Both the position numbers and the translations under genes were made by a program. Shown here one piece after another: positions 13,435 through 22,444 of a DNA stretch of 64,000 nucleotides. The stretch comes from an uncultured Bacilli bacterium (GTDB lineage Bacteria > Bacillota_I > Bacilli_A > RF39 > UBA660), in the NCBI GenBank assembly GCA_947585065.1, contig CANPWX010000001.1, positions 7,274 through 71,273 on the forward strand. Reading direction: 5' to 3'. Under the pieces are notes generated by a model. The model did not search any database. It saw nothing but the letters and a program-made list of their open reading frames with translations, and had not been told where the DNA came from. Each line of letters opens with the position of its first letter. Positions within the stretch are counted from its first letter, which is position 1.

Positions 13435-13717
13435 TAATGGATGTACTGGTCAATTACTTGGACCATTTAAAGCTAACGAAGAGTTATATAATAAAATAAT
13501 TGCGGATGCTGCTTATCCAGTATTATATATCAATCATTTGGGAATTCAAACTGATATAAGAAATTTTGTTTATATAAATGGAAATAAATATGAAATTGGA
13601 AAAACAGGTATTTATGAAGTTGGTAATACTGAAATTACTTCTATTTATTTTGAAAGTGATACTGATGATAATAGTATTATTGACTATTCAATAACTTGTA
13701 AAGAAGAAGAAAAATAA
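13418..13717 (+). CDS. Small structural protein (99 aa) with C-terminal GIYE motif
   Basis: Overlaps the end of the previous gene. Sequence includes NGNKYEIGKTGIYEVGNTEITSIYFESDTDDNSIIDYSITC. Confidence 0.45.
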   Translation: MVTMNNNGCTGQLLGPFKANEELYNKIIADAAYPVLYINHLGIQTDIRNFVYINGNKYEIGKTGIYEVGNTEITSIYFESDTDDNSIIDYSITCKEEEK

Positions 13718-13721
13718 AAAA

Positions 13722-13773
13722 GATGCATAAGAGCATCTCTTTTTTTTGCCCTCATTGAGGGCTATTTTTTTAT
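13722..13773 (+). terminator. Tandem rho-independent terminators (AGATGC..GCATCT+T8 and GCCCTCattGAGGGC+T7)
   Basis: Two GC-rich hairpins, each followed by a T-run, after the stop at 13717. Confidence 0.65.
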
Positions 13774-13950
13774 GTAATTTTTTAAATATTATTTTTATGA
13801 TAAAAGTACAATGTCTTTGTAAATAATTTTTACTACCTGATAAATTATTAAATTTTTATAAAAACTTTGGCAAGTTTAATAAAAGAGTTTTGATAAAAAC
13901 TTATATATTACTGAAAGGAAAAGGAATAATAGAAAGGAGTATTTAAAATT

Positions 13951-14355
13951 ATGAACTATTATCCAAATAATAATTTTTATCAAAACTATTCTTATGGTAA
14001 CCAAATCGCACAACAAATACCTACTCTTCAAGGTAAAGTTGTTGATAATGCGGAAATGGTTAGAGTTACAGAAGTGCCATTTGGAGGCTTTGGAGTTTTC
14101 CCAAAAGGTGATTTAAGTGAAGTTTATATTAAATCATGGAATAGTAATGGAACTACTCAAATAAATACATATAGACCTGTTCCTGCTGAGGAGATTAAAG
14201 AAATAGACCCTCATAAAGAATTAATTGAAAAAATTGATGCTTTAAGTCAAAAAATAGATATGTTAAGCGGCAATGGCGGTCAACCCAGCGCTAAGCAAGG
14301 TACTACGTCCATAACACCGGCTGCCGCAAAGGATGTGAGAGTAAATGCCTATTAG
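13951..14355 (+). CDS. Hypothetical protein (Asn/Tyr/Gln-rich N-terminus)
   Basis: Strong RBS AAAGGAG then ATG. Intact 134-aa ORF. Confidence 0.5.
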   Translation: MNYYPNNNFYQNYSYGNQIAQQIPTLQGKVVDNAEMVRVTEVPFGGFGVFPKGDLSEVYIKSWNSNGTTQINTYRPVPAEEIKEIDPHKELIEKIDALSQKIDMLSGNGGQPSAKQGTTSITPAAAKDVRVNAY

Positions 14356-14605
14356 AAATCCTCAACAAATGTTAAACTTAATTAGTGGTCTCCGCAATCA
14401 AGACCCATCTGCTTTTGTACAGAATATGGTTATGGAAGCTGCTAGTCAAGGAAATCCTATTATGCAAAATCTAGCTTCTTTAATTCAATCAGGCGAGACT
14501 AATCAGATTGAATCTATTGTTAGAAATATAGCAAAAGAAAGAGGTATAGATTATGACAAAGAATTTAAAGCCTTTCGTCAAATGTTAGGTTTTAAAGATA
14601 GATAA
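14345..14605 (+). CDS. Hypothetical protein (86 aa)
   Basis: The ATG overlaps the upstream gene end. Intact ORF. Confidence 0.4.
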   Translation: MPIRNPQQMLNLISGLRNQDPSAFVQNMVMEAASQGNPIMQNLASLIQSGETNQIESIVRNIAKERGIDYDKEFKAFRQMLGFKDR

Positions 14606-14632
14606 TATCATTTTAAAGAAAGGAGAGTTTGT

Positions 14633-15457
14633 ATGTTTAGCTCAAATAATGGTTACAGCTTAGCTGATATTGCTGCAGCAACTGGAAATAATGGAAACTC
14701 TAACAATGGTTGGGGTGGAGACGGAGCTTGGTGAATTATTATCTTATTCTTATTCGTATTCTGCGGATGGGGAAATAATGGTAATGGATTCGGCGGAGGT
14801 AATGGCGGAGCACAATCTGCTTTAACTCGTGGAGAATTATGCCAAGACATGAACTTTGCTGATTTAGAAACTGCAGTAAGAGGAGTTAATACCGGATTAT
14901 GTGATGGCTTCTATGCCATGAATACTGGTATGTTAAATGGTTTCTCAGGATTACAACAATCTTTACAAAGCGGATTTGCTGGAGTAGATAACGCTATTTG
15001 TACTCTTGGATACCAAAATCAAATGGGAGTAAATTCAATTACTCAAGCAATTAATGCAGCTGATGTTAATGCAATGCAAAATACTAATGCATTAGCCACA
15101 CAAATTGCACAATGCTGCTGCGATAATAAAGCTCAATTATGTGATTTAAAATATGATTTAGCTACTGATAACTGTGCTTTACAAACATCTATTGCAAATG
15201 CAACAAGAGATATGATTGATAATCAAAATGCTAATACTAGAAGTATTTTAGATTTCTTAGTAAATGATAAAATTTCTACTCTTGAAAATGAAAATCAAAC
15301 ATTAAGATTATCTGCTAGTCAACAAGCACAAAACAATTATTTAGTTAGTACATTAAGACCAGCACCAGTACCTGCTTTTGCAGTACCAGCACCTTATCAA
15401 TTCACTTCTTGCGGTGGATGCGGATGCGGAAATGGTTTTAATGGAATTAATTACTAA
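14633..15457 (+). CDS. Membrane-anchored Gly/Asn-rich protein with Cys/Gly-rich C-terminus (1 TGA)
   Basis: RBS AAAGGAGAG then ATG at 14633. Frame 2 is continuous with track ORF 14849-15457 through a TGA near 14731. TM segment IIILFLFVFCGW. Ends CGGCGCGNGFNGINY. Confidence 0.45.
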
Positions 15458-15488
15458 AATTAATTAAACGAAATGGAGGAAATATAAG

Positions 15489-15917
15489 ATGTATGAATTA
15501 ACTGCAAATGCTTTGCAAACAGTTTTAACAAATCAAAATATTTTATTTACTGAAGTACCTATGTACTCATGTAATAATTCCATAGTTTATAGAGAAGGAA
15601 GCGGACTAGTGAGTCTACGCGGCTTGACATCTTGCCAATGCCGCGCTAGATTCAGAGTTTCATTTGGCGGAAATATTGCTATTCCTGAAGGTGGAACTGT
15701 TGGACCTATCTCTATTGCTATTGCAGTAAATGGTGAATCAATCGCAACTACTACTGCAACAGTTACACCTGCAGCCGCAGAAGAATTTAATAATGTAAGT
15801 ACTGATGTATTTATTGATGTACCTGCAGGATGCTGCTCTCAAATTAGTGTAAAAAATATTAGCACTGAAACTATTGATGTTCAAAATGCTAATCTAATTG
15901 TAGAAAGGGTGGCGTAA
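15489..15917 (+). CDS. BclA C-terminal domain-like (C1q/TNF-like jelly-roll) protein
   Basis: Tail LIVERVA and overall pattern (GLVSLRG..VSFGGNIAIPEGGTVGPISIAIAVNGESI..) resemble the C-terminal domain of Bacillus exosporium protein BclA, which ends in EKVA. Similarity was recognised by eye, not searched. Confidence 0.4.
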   Translation: MYELTANALQTVLTNQNILFTEVPMYSCNNSIVYREGSGLVSLRGLTSCQCRARFRVSFGGNIAIPEGGTVGPISIAIAVNGESIATTTATVTPAAAEEFNNVSTDVFIDVPAGCCSQISVKNISTETIDVQNANLIVERVA

Positions 15918-15918
15918 T

Positions 15919-16527
15919 ATGGAACAATTAAAAGCAATGAAAGAACAATTAACAGCTTGTGTTCAAGCGCAAATTGGTGATTTAAAAAGCGCTAATGCTG
16001 AAGAACTTGGCGAAGCTGTTGATATGATTAAAGATTTGTCTGAAGCTATCTACTATTGCACAATAACAAAAGCAATGGAAGATAGTGATAAAGAAAAAGA
16101 AATGATGAGATATGTAAAACCTATTTACTATTATAATGAAATGGGCGGAAATAAGCCTAGATATTATAATGGCAGCTCATCATACGCTATGTCTGGACGT
16201 GGTGGAAATCAAAGTGGTAGTCGTAGAAATTATAGCGACGGCCGCATGTATTACGATGGAGAAATGATGGAACATTATCCTAGATACATGGAAGATTCTT
16301 ATCCAATGGAAATAAGAGATTACCGCGAAGGTAGAAGTCCAGTTAGTAGAAGAATGTATATGGAGTCAAAAGAATTACATCATGATAAAGCAAAACAAAT
16401 GAAAGAATTAGAACAATATATGAAAGAATTAAGTGAAGATATAACTGAAATGATAGATGATGCGACTCCAGATGAAAAAGAAATTCTATCTCAAAAATTA
16501 ACTACTTTAGCAGAAAAAATTAGATAA
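15919..16527 (+). CDS. Hypothetical Tyr/Met/Arg-rich low-complexity protein
   Basis: Intact 202-aa ORF. The ATG overlaps the upstream stop. Confidence 0.4.
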   Translation: MEQLKAMKEQLTACVQAQIGDLKSANAEELGEAVDMIKDLSEAIYYCTITKAMEDSDKEKEMMRYVKPIYYYNEMGGNKPRYYNGSSSYAMSGRGGNQSGSRRNYSDGRMYYDGEMMEHYPRYMEDSYPMEIRDYREGRSPVSRRMYMESKELHHDKAKQMKELEQYMKELSEDITEMIDDATPDEKEILSQKLTTLAEKIR

Positions 16528-16832
16528 TGTTTGAAATTAATGGAGAAAAATGGCATATTCAATTCTCATGCCCTTATCACGATATATTCATCATGGATAG
16601 TGGTGACTACACTATTGGGGTATGTGATGACAAAAGCAAAACTATATATTTAGCTAGTAATTTAAGAGGTAAACTGCTAAAGAAGGTTCTATGTCATGAG
16701 ATAGTTCATGCAGCCATGTTTTCTTATAATATAGAATTAGATTACATGCAAGAAGAATTAATGGCAAACATAATTGCTACCTATGGTTCTGAAATATTGA
16801 AAATTGCAAACGATATATTTAAAAGGCTATAA
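16527..16832 (+). CDS. ImmA/IrrE-family (COG2856-like) zinc metallopeptidase
   Basis: HExxH motif inside LCHEIVHAAMF, typical of the ImmA/IrrE anti-repressor peptidase family. It is the last gene of the + arm. Confidence 0.5.
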   Translation: MFEINGEKWHIQFSCPYHDIFIMDSGDYTIGVCDDKSKTIYLASNLRGKLLKKVLCHEIVHAAMFSYNIELDYMQEELMANIIATYGSEILKIANDIFKRL

Positions 16833-16862
16833 TAGATTTATTTCTATCATAGCCTTTTTTTT
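16822..16862. terminator. Bidirectional terminator between convergent arms (AGGCTAT..ATAGCCT with T9 on + and A-run on -)
   Basis: Hairpin flanked by T-runs on both strands at the point where + strand genes end and - strand genes end. Confidence 0.55.
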
Positions 16863-16868
16863 TGTTTA

Positions 16869-17372
16869 TTCTCAATTTATTTCATTAGTATCTACTTTTA
16901 CATATTGTGCTAATCCAATACAAATAGCATCTGCTTCATCATCATTAACATCGATATTATATTTTTCTTTAACGAAATCTATATCTGCTTGTTTAAGAGT
17001 CGTTCTCTTTATACCGCGACCATTTTTAATTCCTAATGCAGCGCGTCAAGAGCTAGGATATATATATTCAATATTTATTTGTTGAAAGTTATCATGCATC
17101 ATAAATGCGATCGCAGCCTGAAGCCACATTAACATTTTATGTGTATGAGTATTACCCACTCCATAGCCGCCTTCAGGTCTAACTTCTTCAACTATTACTT
17201 TTGATATTTGGTATTTATCTAAAATATCTTTTATGCCATCACGCATTATATATATTCTTTTAATTACATCTGTTGATGAAGATGTTATACACCCGTGGTC
17301 AATTAATTCTCCATCTTTAAAAAATGCTCATCCACTTGATTTTGTAGATACATCTAAGGATAAAATATTCAT
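16869..17372 (-). CDS. RuvC-family Holliday junction resolvase (2 in-frame TGA)
   Basis: Reverse translation gives MNILSLDVSTKSSGWAFF.. (N-terminal catalytic Asp motif) and ..DEADAICIGLAQYV (C-terminal RuvC-like acidic motif). RBS GGAG lies upstream of the ATG at 17370-17372. Confidence 0.55.
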
Positions 17373-17443
17373 ATTTATCACTCCTTTATCTATATCTACA
17401 TTATATCATAAAATTCTCGTTATGTCAAAAAAAGAAGTGATGA

Positions 17444-18943
17444 TTATTTAACATCATCACTATCTATTATACTTTTTATGTCAGCAGGTTTTTTATTATC
17501 ATTTATTAGTTTATTTGCGGCAAAGCCTGCTATAATGCTCTTTAGGTCTAGTCCTAAACTATCTTCCGCAACTTTTAAAACTTGGTCTATTTTTTGTGTA
17601 TTATTTTCAATTAGTTTAGAAGATTGGTCACCATACATTGTAATCTTATCAATATTTGATAATGGTGAAGAAATCTCTTTAGCTATTGAAGGTAATACAT
17701 TTGTAATCATTTCAACGATAGATGCTTCGCCCATTTTCTTTTGTGCTTCAGCTTTCTTTTCAATACCTTCTGCTTCAGCGATACCCTTCGCGCGAATACC
17801 GGCTGCTTCCGCCTCAAGAATAGCTTTTTTACCTTCAGCTTCTGCCAATAATTTAGCCTTAATACCTTGAGCTTCTAGTTCTGCAGCTTCTTTATTTGCT
17901 TCTGCTATTGCTATATTTGCTTCCGCTTGCTTTTTAGCCTTTTCAGTTTCAGCTTCAGCTGCTTTAATAGCACGAGTTTTATCTACTTCAGCTTGGACTT
18001 CAGCAGCATATTTTTCTGCATCTGCTTGTTTCTTAATTTCAGCGTCTAATTCTTGTTCCTTTAAAGCAACTTCTTTTTGTTTTAAAGCAGTTAATTTTTC
18101 AGTTTTAGCAACTTCTGCTTCAACTTGAGCCTCATTAATTGTCTTTTGTTGAATAGCATTTTGGATACCATAAGCAGCGTCCGCATCTGCGGCTTTTCTA
18201 TCTTGTTCAATTTTATATTCAGCTTTTTTAATTGATAAATCTTTTTGTTGTTCTGCTATTTTTGCATCTGCTTCTGCTCTAGCGCGAGCTCCTTCCTCAT
18301 CAGCGGCCGCTTCCGCAACTTTAATTTCCTTTTCTGCTTGAGCTCTTGCTATTTTAGCTGCTTTTTGGATTTTAACTAAATTATCAATACCTAAATTTTC
18401 AATAGCTTGATTATCATCTGAACAGCTTTGAACATTTAAGTTTACAATTTCAAGACCCATTGCTTTAATATCATCATTTGCATTTTCTTGTATTTTTTGT
18501 GAAAATAATTGTTTATCATTAACTAATGATACTAACATCATTTGACCAATGATTTCACGCATATTACCTTCAAGAACTTGCTGAACATTAGTTGCGATAT
18601 AACTAGCATTTTGGTTTAAGAAATGTCTTGCTGCGACTTGAATTAAATCAGTATCTTGTGGAATTCTGACATTTGCAACTGCATCTACATCGACATTAAT
18701 AAAGTCTTGTGTAGGTACATTATGTGCTTTTACATCAATTTGTATCAATTCAAGAGTAAGTTTATCTACTCTTTCAAAAAATGGTAATCTCAATGTTGCT
18801 TTACCAATTATTATTCTTGGTTTCTTTTTAAGTCCAGAAATTATGTATACCATATTTGGTGGACATTTTACATAGCTTGCCATTATAATAACTCCAATAA
18901 TTAATATGATGGCGCATATTAATCCTATTAAAATTAAATTCAT
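17444..18943 (-). CDS. SPFH/band-7 (flotillin-like) membrane protein
   Basis: N-terminal TM segment, PHB-like core, and a long Ala/Glu/Lys coiled-coil repeat region (AEAEA..KAAEAE) as in flotillins. Confidence 0.55.
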   Translation of the reverse strand: MNLILIGLICAIILIIGVIIMASYVKCPPNMVYIISGLKKKPRIIIGKATLRLPFFERVDKLTLELIQIDVKAHNVPTQDFINVDVDAVANVRIPQDTDLIQVAARHFLNQNASYIATNVQQVLEGNMREIIGQMMLVSLVNDKQLFSQKIQENANDDIKAMGLEIVNLNVQSCSDDNQAIENLGIDNLVKIQKAAKIARAQAEKEIKVAEAAADEEGARARAEADAKIAEQQKDLSIKKAEYKIEQDRKAADADAAYGIQNAIQQKTINEAQVEAEVAKTEKLTALKQKEVALKEQELDAEIKKQADAEKYAAEVQAEVDKTRAIKAAEAETEKAKKQAEANIAIAEANKEAAELEAQGIKAKLLAEAEGKKAILEAEAAGIRAKGIAEAEGIEKKAEAQKKMGEASIVEMITNVLPSIAKEISSPLSNIDKITMYGDQSSKLIENNTQKIDQVLKVAEDSLGLDLKSIIAGFAANKLINDNKKPADIKSIIDSDDVK

Positions 18944-18972
18944 TTCCTTTATCTCCTTTTATCTCCTAAAAA

Positions 18973-19506
18973 TTATCTACCAGTACTTCCAAATCCCCCA
19001 TCACCGCGTTCAGTTTCATCTAAACTATCTTTTTCTTCAAGAGTGATAGGTATATAAGGCATAACAACTAATTGAGCAATGCGGTCGCCGCCTCTTATGC
19101 TTTGAACATCGTTTGTATCATTGTGAAGAGCGACGATTATTTCCCCTCTATAATCTGAGTCTACAACGCCTACACAGTTAGCTGGACGAAGTCCTTGTTT
19201 AGTAGCTAATCCGCTACGGGCGAAGATAGCTCCGAATGTACCTTCAGGTAAAGAAACTGCAATACCAGTATTAATTTTTACTGTATAATGCGCAGGCACA
19301 ATTATTTCTACTTCTGAACTAGGTACATAAAGGTCATAGCCTGCGGCTGCTGCGCTTCCTCTAGTTGGTTCTATTGCATCTTCTCTTGTTTTCATATAAT
19401 CTATTGGCATAGAAAAAAAATTTGCGTTTGAAATCGTCATTGCCCCATCTTCATTTACTAAACTTGAATTATCATTAGTTGTATCAATTATAATATTATT
19501 ATCCAT
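18973..19506 (-). CDS. dut: dUTP diphosphatase
   Basis: dUTPase motifs are present: AAGYDLY, RSGLATK, VGVVDSDYRGEI, and C-terminal GGFGSTG. Confidence 0.8.
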   Translation of the reverse strand: MDNNIIIDTTNDNSSLVNEDGAMTISNANFFSMPIDYMKTREDAIEPTRGSAAAAGYDLYVPSSEVEIIVPAHYTVKINTGIAVSLPEGTFGAIFARSGLATKQGLRPANCVGVVDSDYRGEIIVALHNDTNDVQSIRGGDRIAQLVVMPYIPITLEEKDSLDETERGDGGFGSTGR

Positions 19507-19787
19507 TATTTATTCTCCTATCTATTAAAATGCACTACCATTGTCATATGTTATATCGACATCTCTATCTGGTTCGTGCTCGTCATTAAATTTTTTAACT
19601 AGAGTCACTTTTCACCAGAAGTCAATTACTTCACCCTTTTGTTTTCTTTCTTTATATTCTACTGTTGATTTAGTTAAAGTATATCCAGGTTCTTGTTTAG
19701 CTTTTTCAATAAAAGCAGTAGCTTCATCTTCAGCACTAAATCTATATACTTCAGTAGTTGTTATTAAAAATTTCATATTAATTCTCC

Positions 19788-20054
19788 TTATCCATTAACT
19801 AATTTTATTTCTAATTCATTTTTACCATATTTAGTTATTTCTGCTAATTCAATTTTTTCTTTAATACCTTTTGAAAAATTTTTAGAGCCTATTAATTGAA
19901 CTTCTTTTGCATTATATTTAGTTGCAGTTTCAATAATAGTATTTGGCACATTATCTAATTCAACAGAAACAACATCTATTTTATTACCATCTTCATAAAC
20001 AAATATATTTTGATTTAAAATAAATGGTTTTATAATACTAACTATTTTTTTCAT
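19788..20054 (-). CDS. Hypothetical protein (88 aa)
   Basis: Intact ORF in the operon. RBS GGAGG upstream. Confidence 0.4.
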   Translation of the reverse strand: MKKIVSIIKPFILNQNIFVYEDGNKIDVVSVELDNVPNTIIETATKYNAKEVQLIGSKNFSKGIKEKIELAEITKYGKNELEIKLVNG

Positions 20055-20066
20055 AGTCTCTCCTCC

Positions 20067-20471
20067 TTAAAAATCTGCTATAACTCCAGCGTCATATGGA
20101 AAGAAATAATATACAAAAGCCTCTTCATCTATATTCATCCATATTTCAATAGCGTCTTTATCTTTTGTTAAATCAATAGCGCATATCTTTCCTCTATTAG
20201 TTAAACATTCATCGATTAGACAATCTACGCATCTGATTTGAGTTCCGTTATGTTTGACATTTCCGCCTGCTAAATGAAAATCAAATACTGTATAGTCTTT
20301 TTTTTCATTACATAATAACATATAATAAAAGTTTTTAGTATCTATAATAAAATTTTTAATTATTTCTTTTTTACTATTGATAGTTCCTTCTGATAATGCA
20401 GGTAAATTTTTTACTATATTTTTATTTATATCATAAAGATTACCTATTACTACTTGTTTTTCTTCTTCCAT
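20067..20471 (-). CDS. Hypothetical protein (134 aa)
   Basis: Intact ORF. Confidence 0.4.
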   Translation of the reverse strand: MEEEKQVVIGNLYDINKNIVKNLPALSEGTINSKKEIIKNFIIDTKNFYYMLLCNEKKDYTVFDFHLAGGNVKHNGTQIRCVDCLIDECLTNRGKICAIDLTKDKDAIEIWMNIDEEAFVYYFFPYDAGVIADF

Positions 20472-21378
20472 AATCTAATTCTCCTTTTATTATTAAGTAT
20501 ATCTTTTGTTACATAATTTTTTGAAGTTGCTAAATGATCTGCATCGATGCCTTCATAAATTACATATTCTAAAAATTTTCTTTCATCTTCATTTAATATA
20601 ATATGATTTTTATTATTTTCATAATATTGGTATGGACGGTCATTAAATTTATAACCCATTGCTAGCCAATCTAATACATTTTCTAATACATCAAGGACTT
20701 GTTCATCATCATTTTTATTAAATGTTTTTTTATTTTGTCTATGTTGCCAATGATGTGAATTAACTTGCCAATGATGTTGCCAAGCCTTTTCAAAAGCATT
20801 TTTATTTTCTTCTTTTTCTTGTTGAGATATAGGGAAAAAATTTTTTCTATAAGGCTCAAATTCTTCTATCGAATATTTGCTAGCATCATGACATAATACT
20901 CTATTATGTAATTTATTTAATAAATCTTCTCCACCAATTTGAAAAATTATATGATTATTTTTCATTTCATCGAATGCTTTTAAAATATTATTTTTATGTT
21001 CTTTAATGTATTTTTTATATAATTCTGTATTCTTTTTTATTTTAAAATATTTTTTTATATTTAGTATATTGTATTTTATTTTATTTGGAAAACTTAAAAT
21101 AAAATAGCCTATTGATAAAAATTTATTTTGTTTATTTTCAAAATCTGAATTCATAGTACGTTTTCTAAACAAATGTAATTTATATAAATTATTATGTGCT
21201 ATTCATTCATTTATAAAAAATTTAATATTTCTTTTAGTTTCAAAAGCAGTATTTTTTTCTAATATTTCTTTAATAATAATTTTCATTTTATCAATATTTT
21301 TCATTTGATAACTATTAAAAATAGTTATTATTTTTGAATTGTATTTAATAGTTAAGCCTTTTATTTTTGTTGTTTTCA
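20450..21378 (-). CDS. HD-domain phosphohydrolase-like protein (1 TGA near N-terminus)
   Basis: Strong RBS TAGGAGG then ATG at 21376-21378. The ORF continues through a TGA into track ORF 20450-21172. LHNRVLCHDASKY resembles the HD motif. Confidence 0.45.
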
Positions 21379-21388
21379 TAAAAACCTC

Positions 21389-21853
21389 CTATTCAGTATA
21401 TACTTTGCAACTACCACTAAAATGGTCTATTTCATGTTGTATTATATCACTCATTCTTCCACCTTCGGCTAATTCTTTAATGTTTCCATTTTCATCTGTA
21501 TAAGTACACCAAACTTTTTGATATCTAGTTATTTCTTTATAAACACTTGGTACACTTAAACATCCTTCAATATATTTTTCTTCTCCGCGAGTTCTAGTTA
21601 TTTTTGGATTAATTAAAACATATTCTTCTCCACCCCAAGAGCAAATACAAATTTGTTTTGGTTCTCCTATTTGAATTGCGGAAATGCCTTTCCCATTGTG
21701 GACTGAATGTAATGTATCTTTCATATCCTGAATAAGGTTTTTTATATCATTATTAATTTCAGTTACTTCTTCGCTTGTTTGTTTTAATATTTCTCTATCT
21801 TCTTTATTTCTATAAACTAATATTCTTCTTATCACTTTACCATTTCCTTTCAT
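21389..21853 (-). CDS. def: Peptide deformylase
   Basis: All three PDF motifs are present: GKGISAIQIG (GxGxAAxQ), EGCLSVP, QHEIDHFSG (HExxH). Confidence 0.8.
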   Translation of the reverse strand: MKGNGKVIRRILVYRNKEDREILKQTSEEVTEINNDIKNLIQDMKDTLHSVHNGKGISAIQIGEPKQICICSWGGEEYVLINPKITRTRGEEKYIEGCLSVPSVYKEITRYQKVWCTYTDENGNIKELAEGGRMSDIIQHEIDHFSGSCKVYTE

Positions 21854-21864
21854 TTTATATAAAT

Positions 21865-21893
21865 ATTATATCATTTATTTTTAAAAAAGTCAA
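21865..21893 (-). promoter_or_regulatory. Sigma-A-type promoter (TTGACT-N17-TATAAT) for def
   Basis: Reverse complement reads TTGACTTTTTTAAAAATAAATGATATAAT. Confidence 0.55.
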
Positions 21894-21901
21894 AAAAGAG
21901 G

Positions 21902-22444
21902 TTAAACTTTTTGATACAGTTTAACCTCTTTTGTTTTTAAACTTTTTTGGACATCTATAACTCTTTGATTGCGGGAACCGCGTAGCCAGAGCGTAATGTC
22001 TCGTTCTGATTGAATATATGGCCCATCTATTAAAACATCAATTTTAGATAGTATTGTATGTAAGATAAACTCATCTCTGATTAGATCTTCCCAAACATAG
22101 CCTGTTCACAAGAATATACGCGTGTTTGGGCAATCTTGTTTAATCACATCAAGGATTGCCGCCGTATTCACAACGTTATCATTATCTTTCCATAATGGCT
22201 CGCCACCAAGAATACTTAAATTTCTTTGAATACCATTAGCTGTTAAATCTTTTTTAATAGTATCAATCAATTTACTCGTCCACATTTCATCTCCATAGCT
22301 ACTATCTCAGGCTTCTGGGTTATGACACCCAGGACAATGGAGAGGGCAACCAGATAGGAAGACACTTACACAAGTGCCTTCGCCATTAACTATGTCGTTT
22401 GGATTGATACCAGCAACATGAACCATGCCTGTCATTATTTCCAT
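21902..22444 (-). CDS. nrdG: Anaerobic ribonucleotide reductase activating protein NrdG (radical SAM), 2 in-frame TGA = Trp
   Basis: Reverse translation gives ..GEGTCVSVFLSGCPLHCPGCHNPEA[TGA]DS.. and ..NTRIFL[TGA]TGYVWEDL... These align with E. coli NrdG CPGCYNKSTW and DIWVWTGY, so both TGA sit at conserved Trp positions. Confidence 0.8.
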
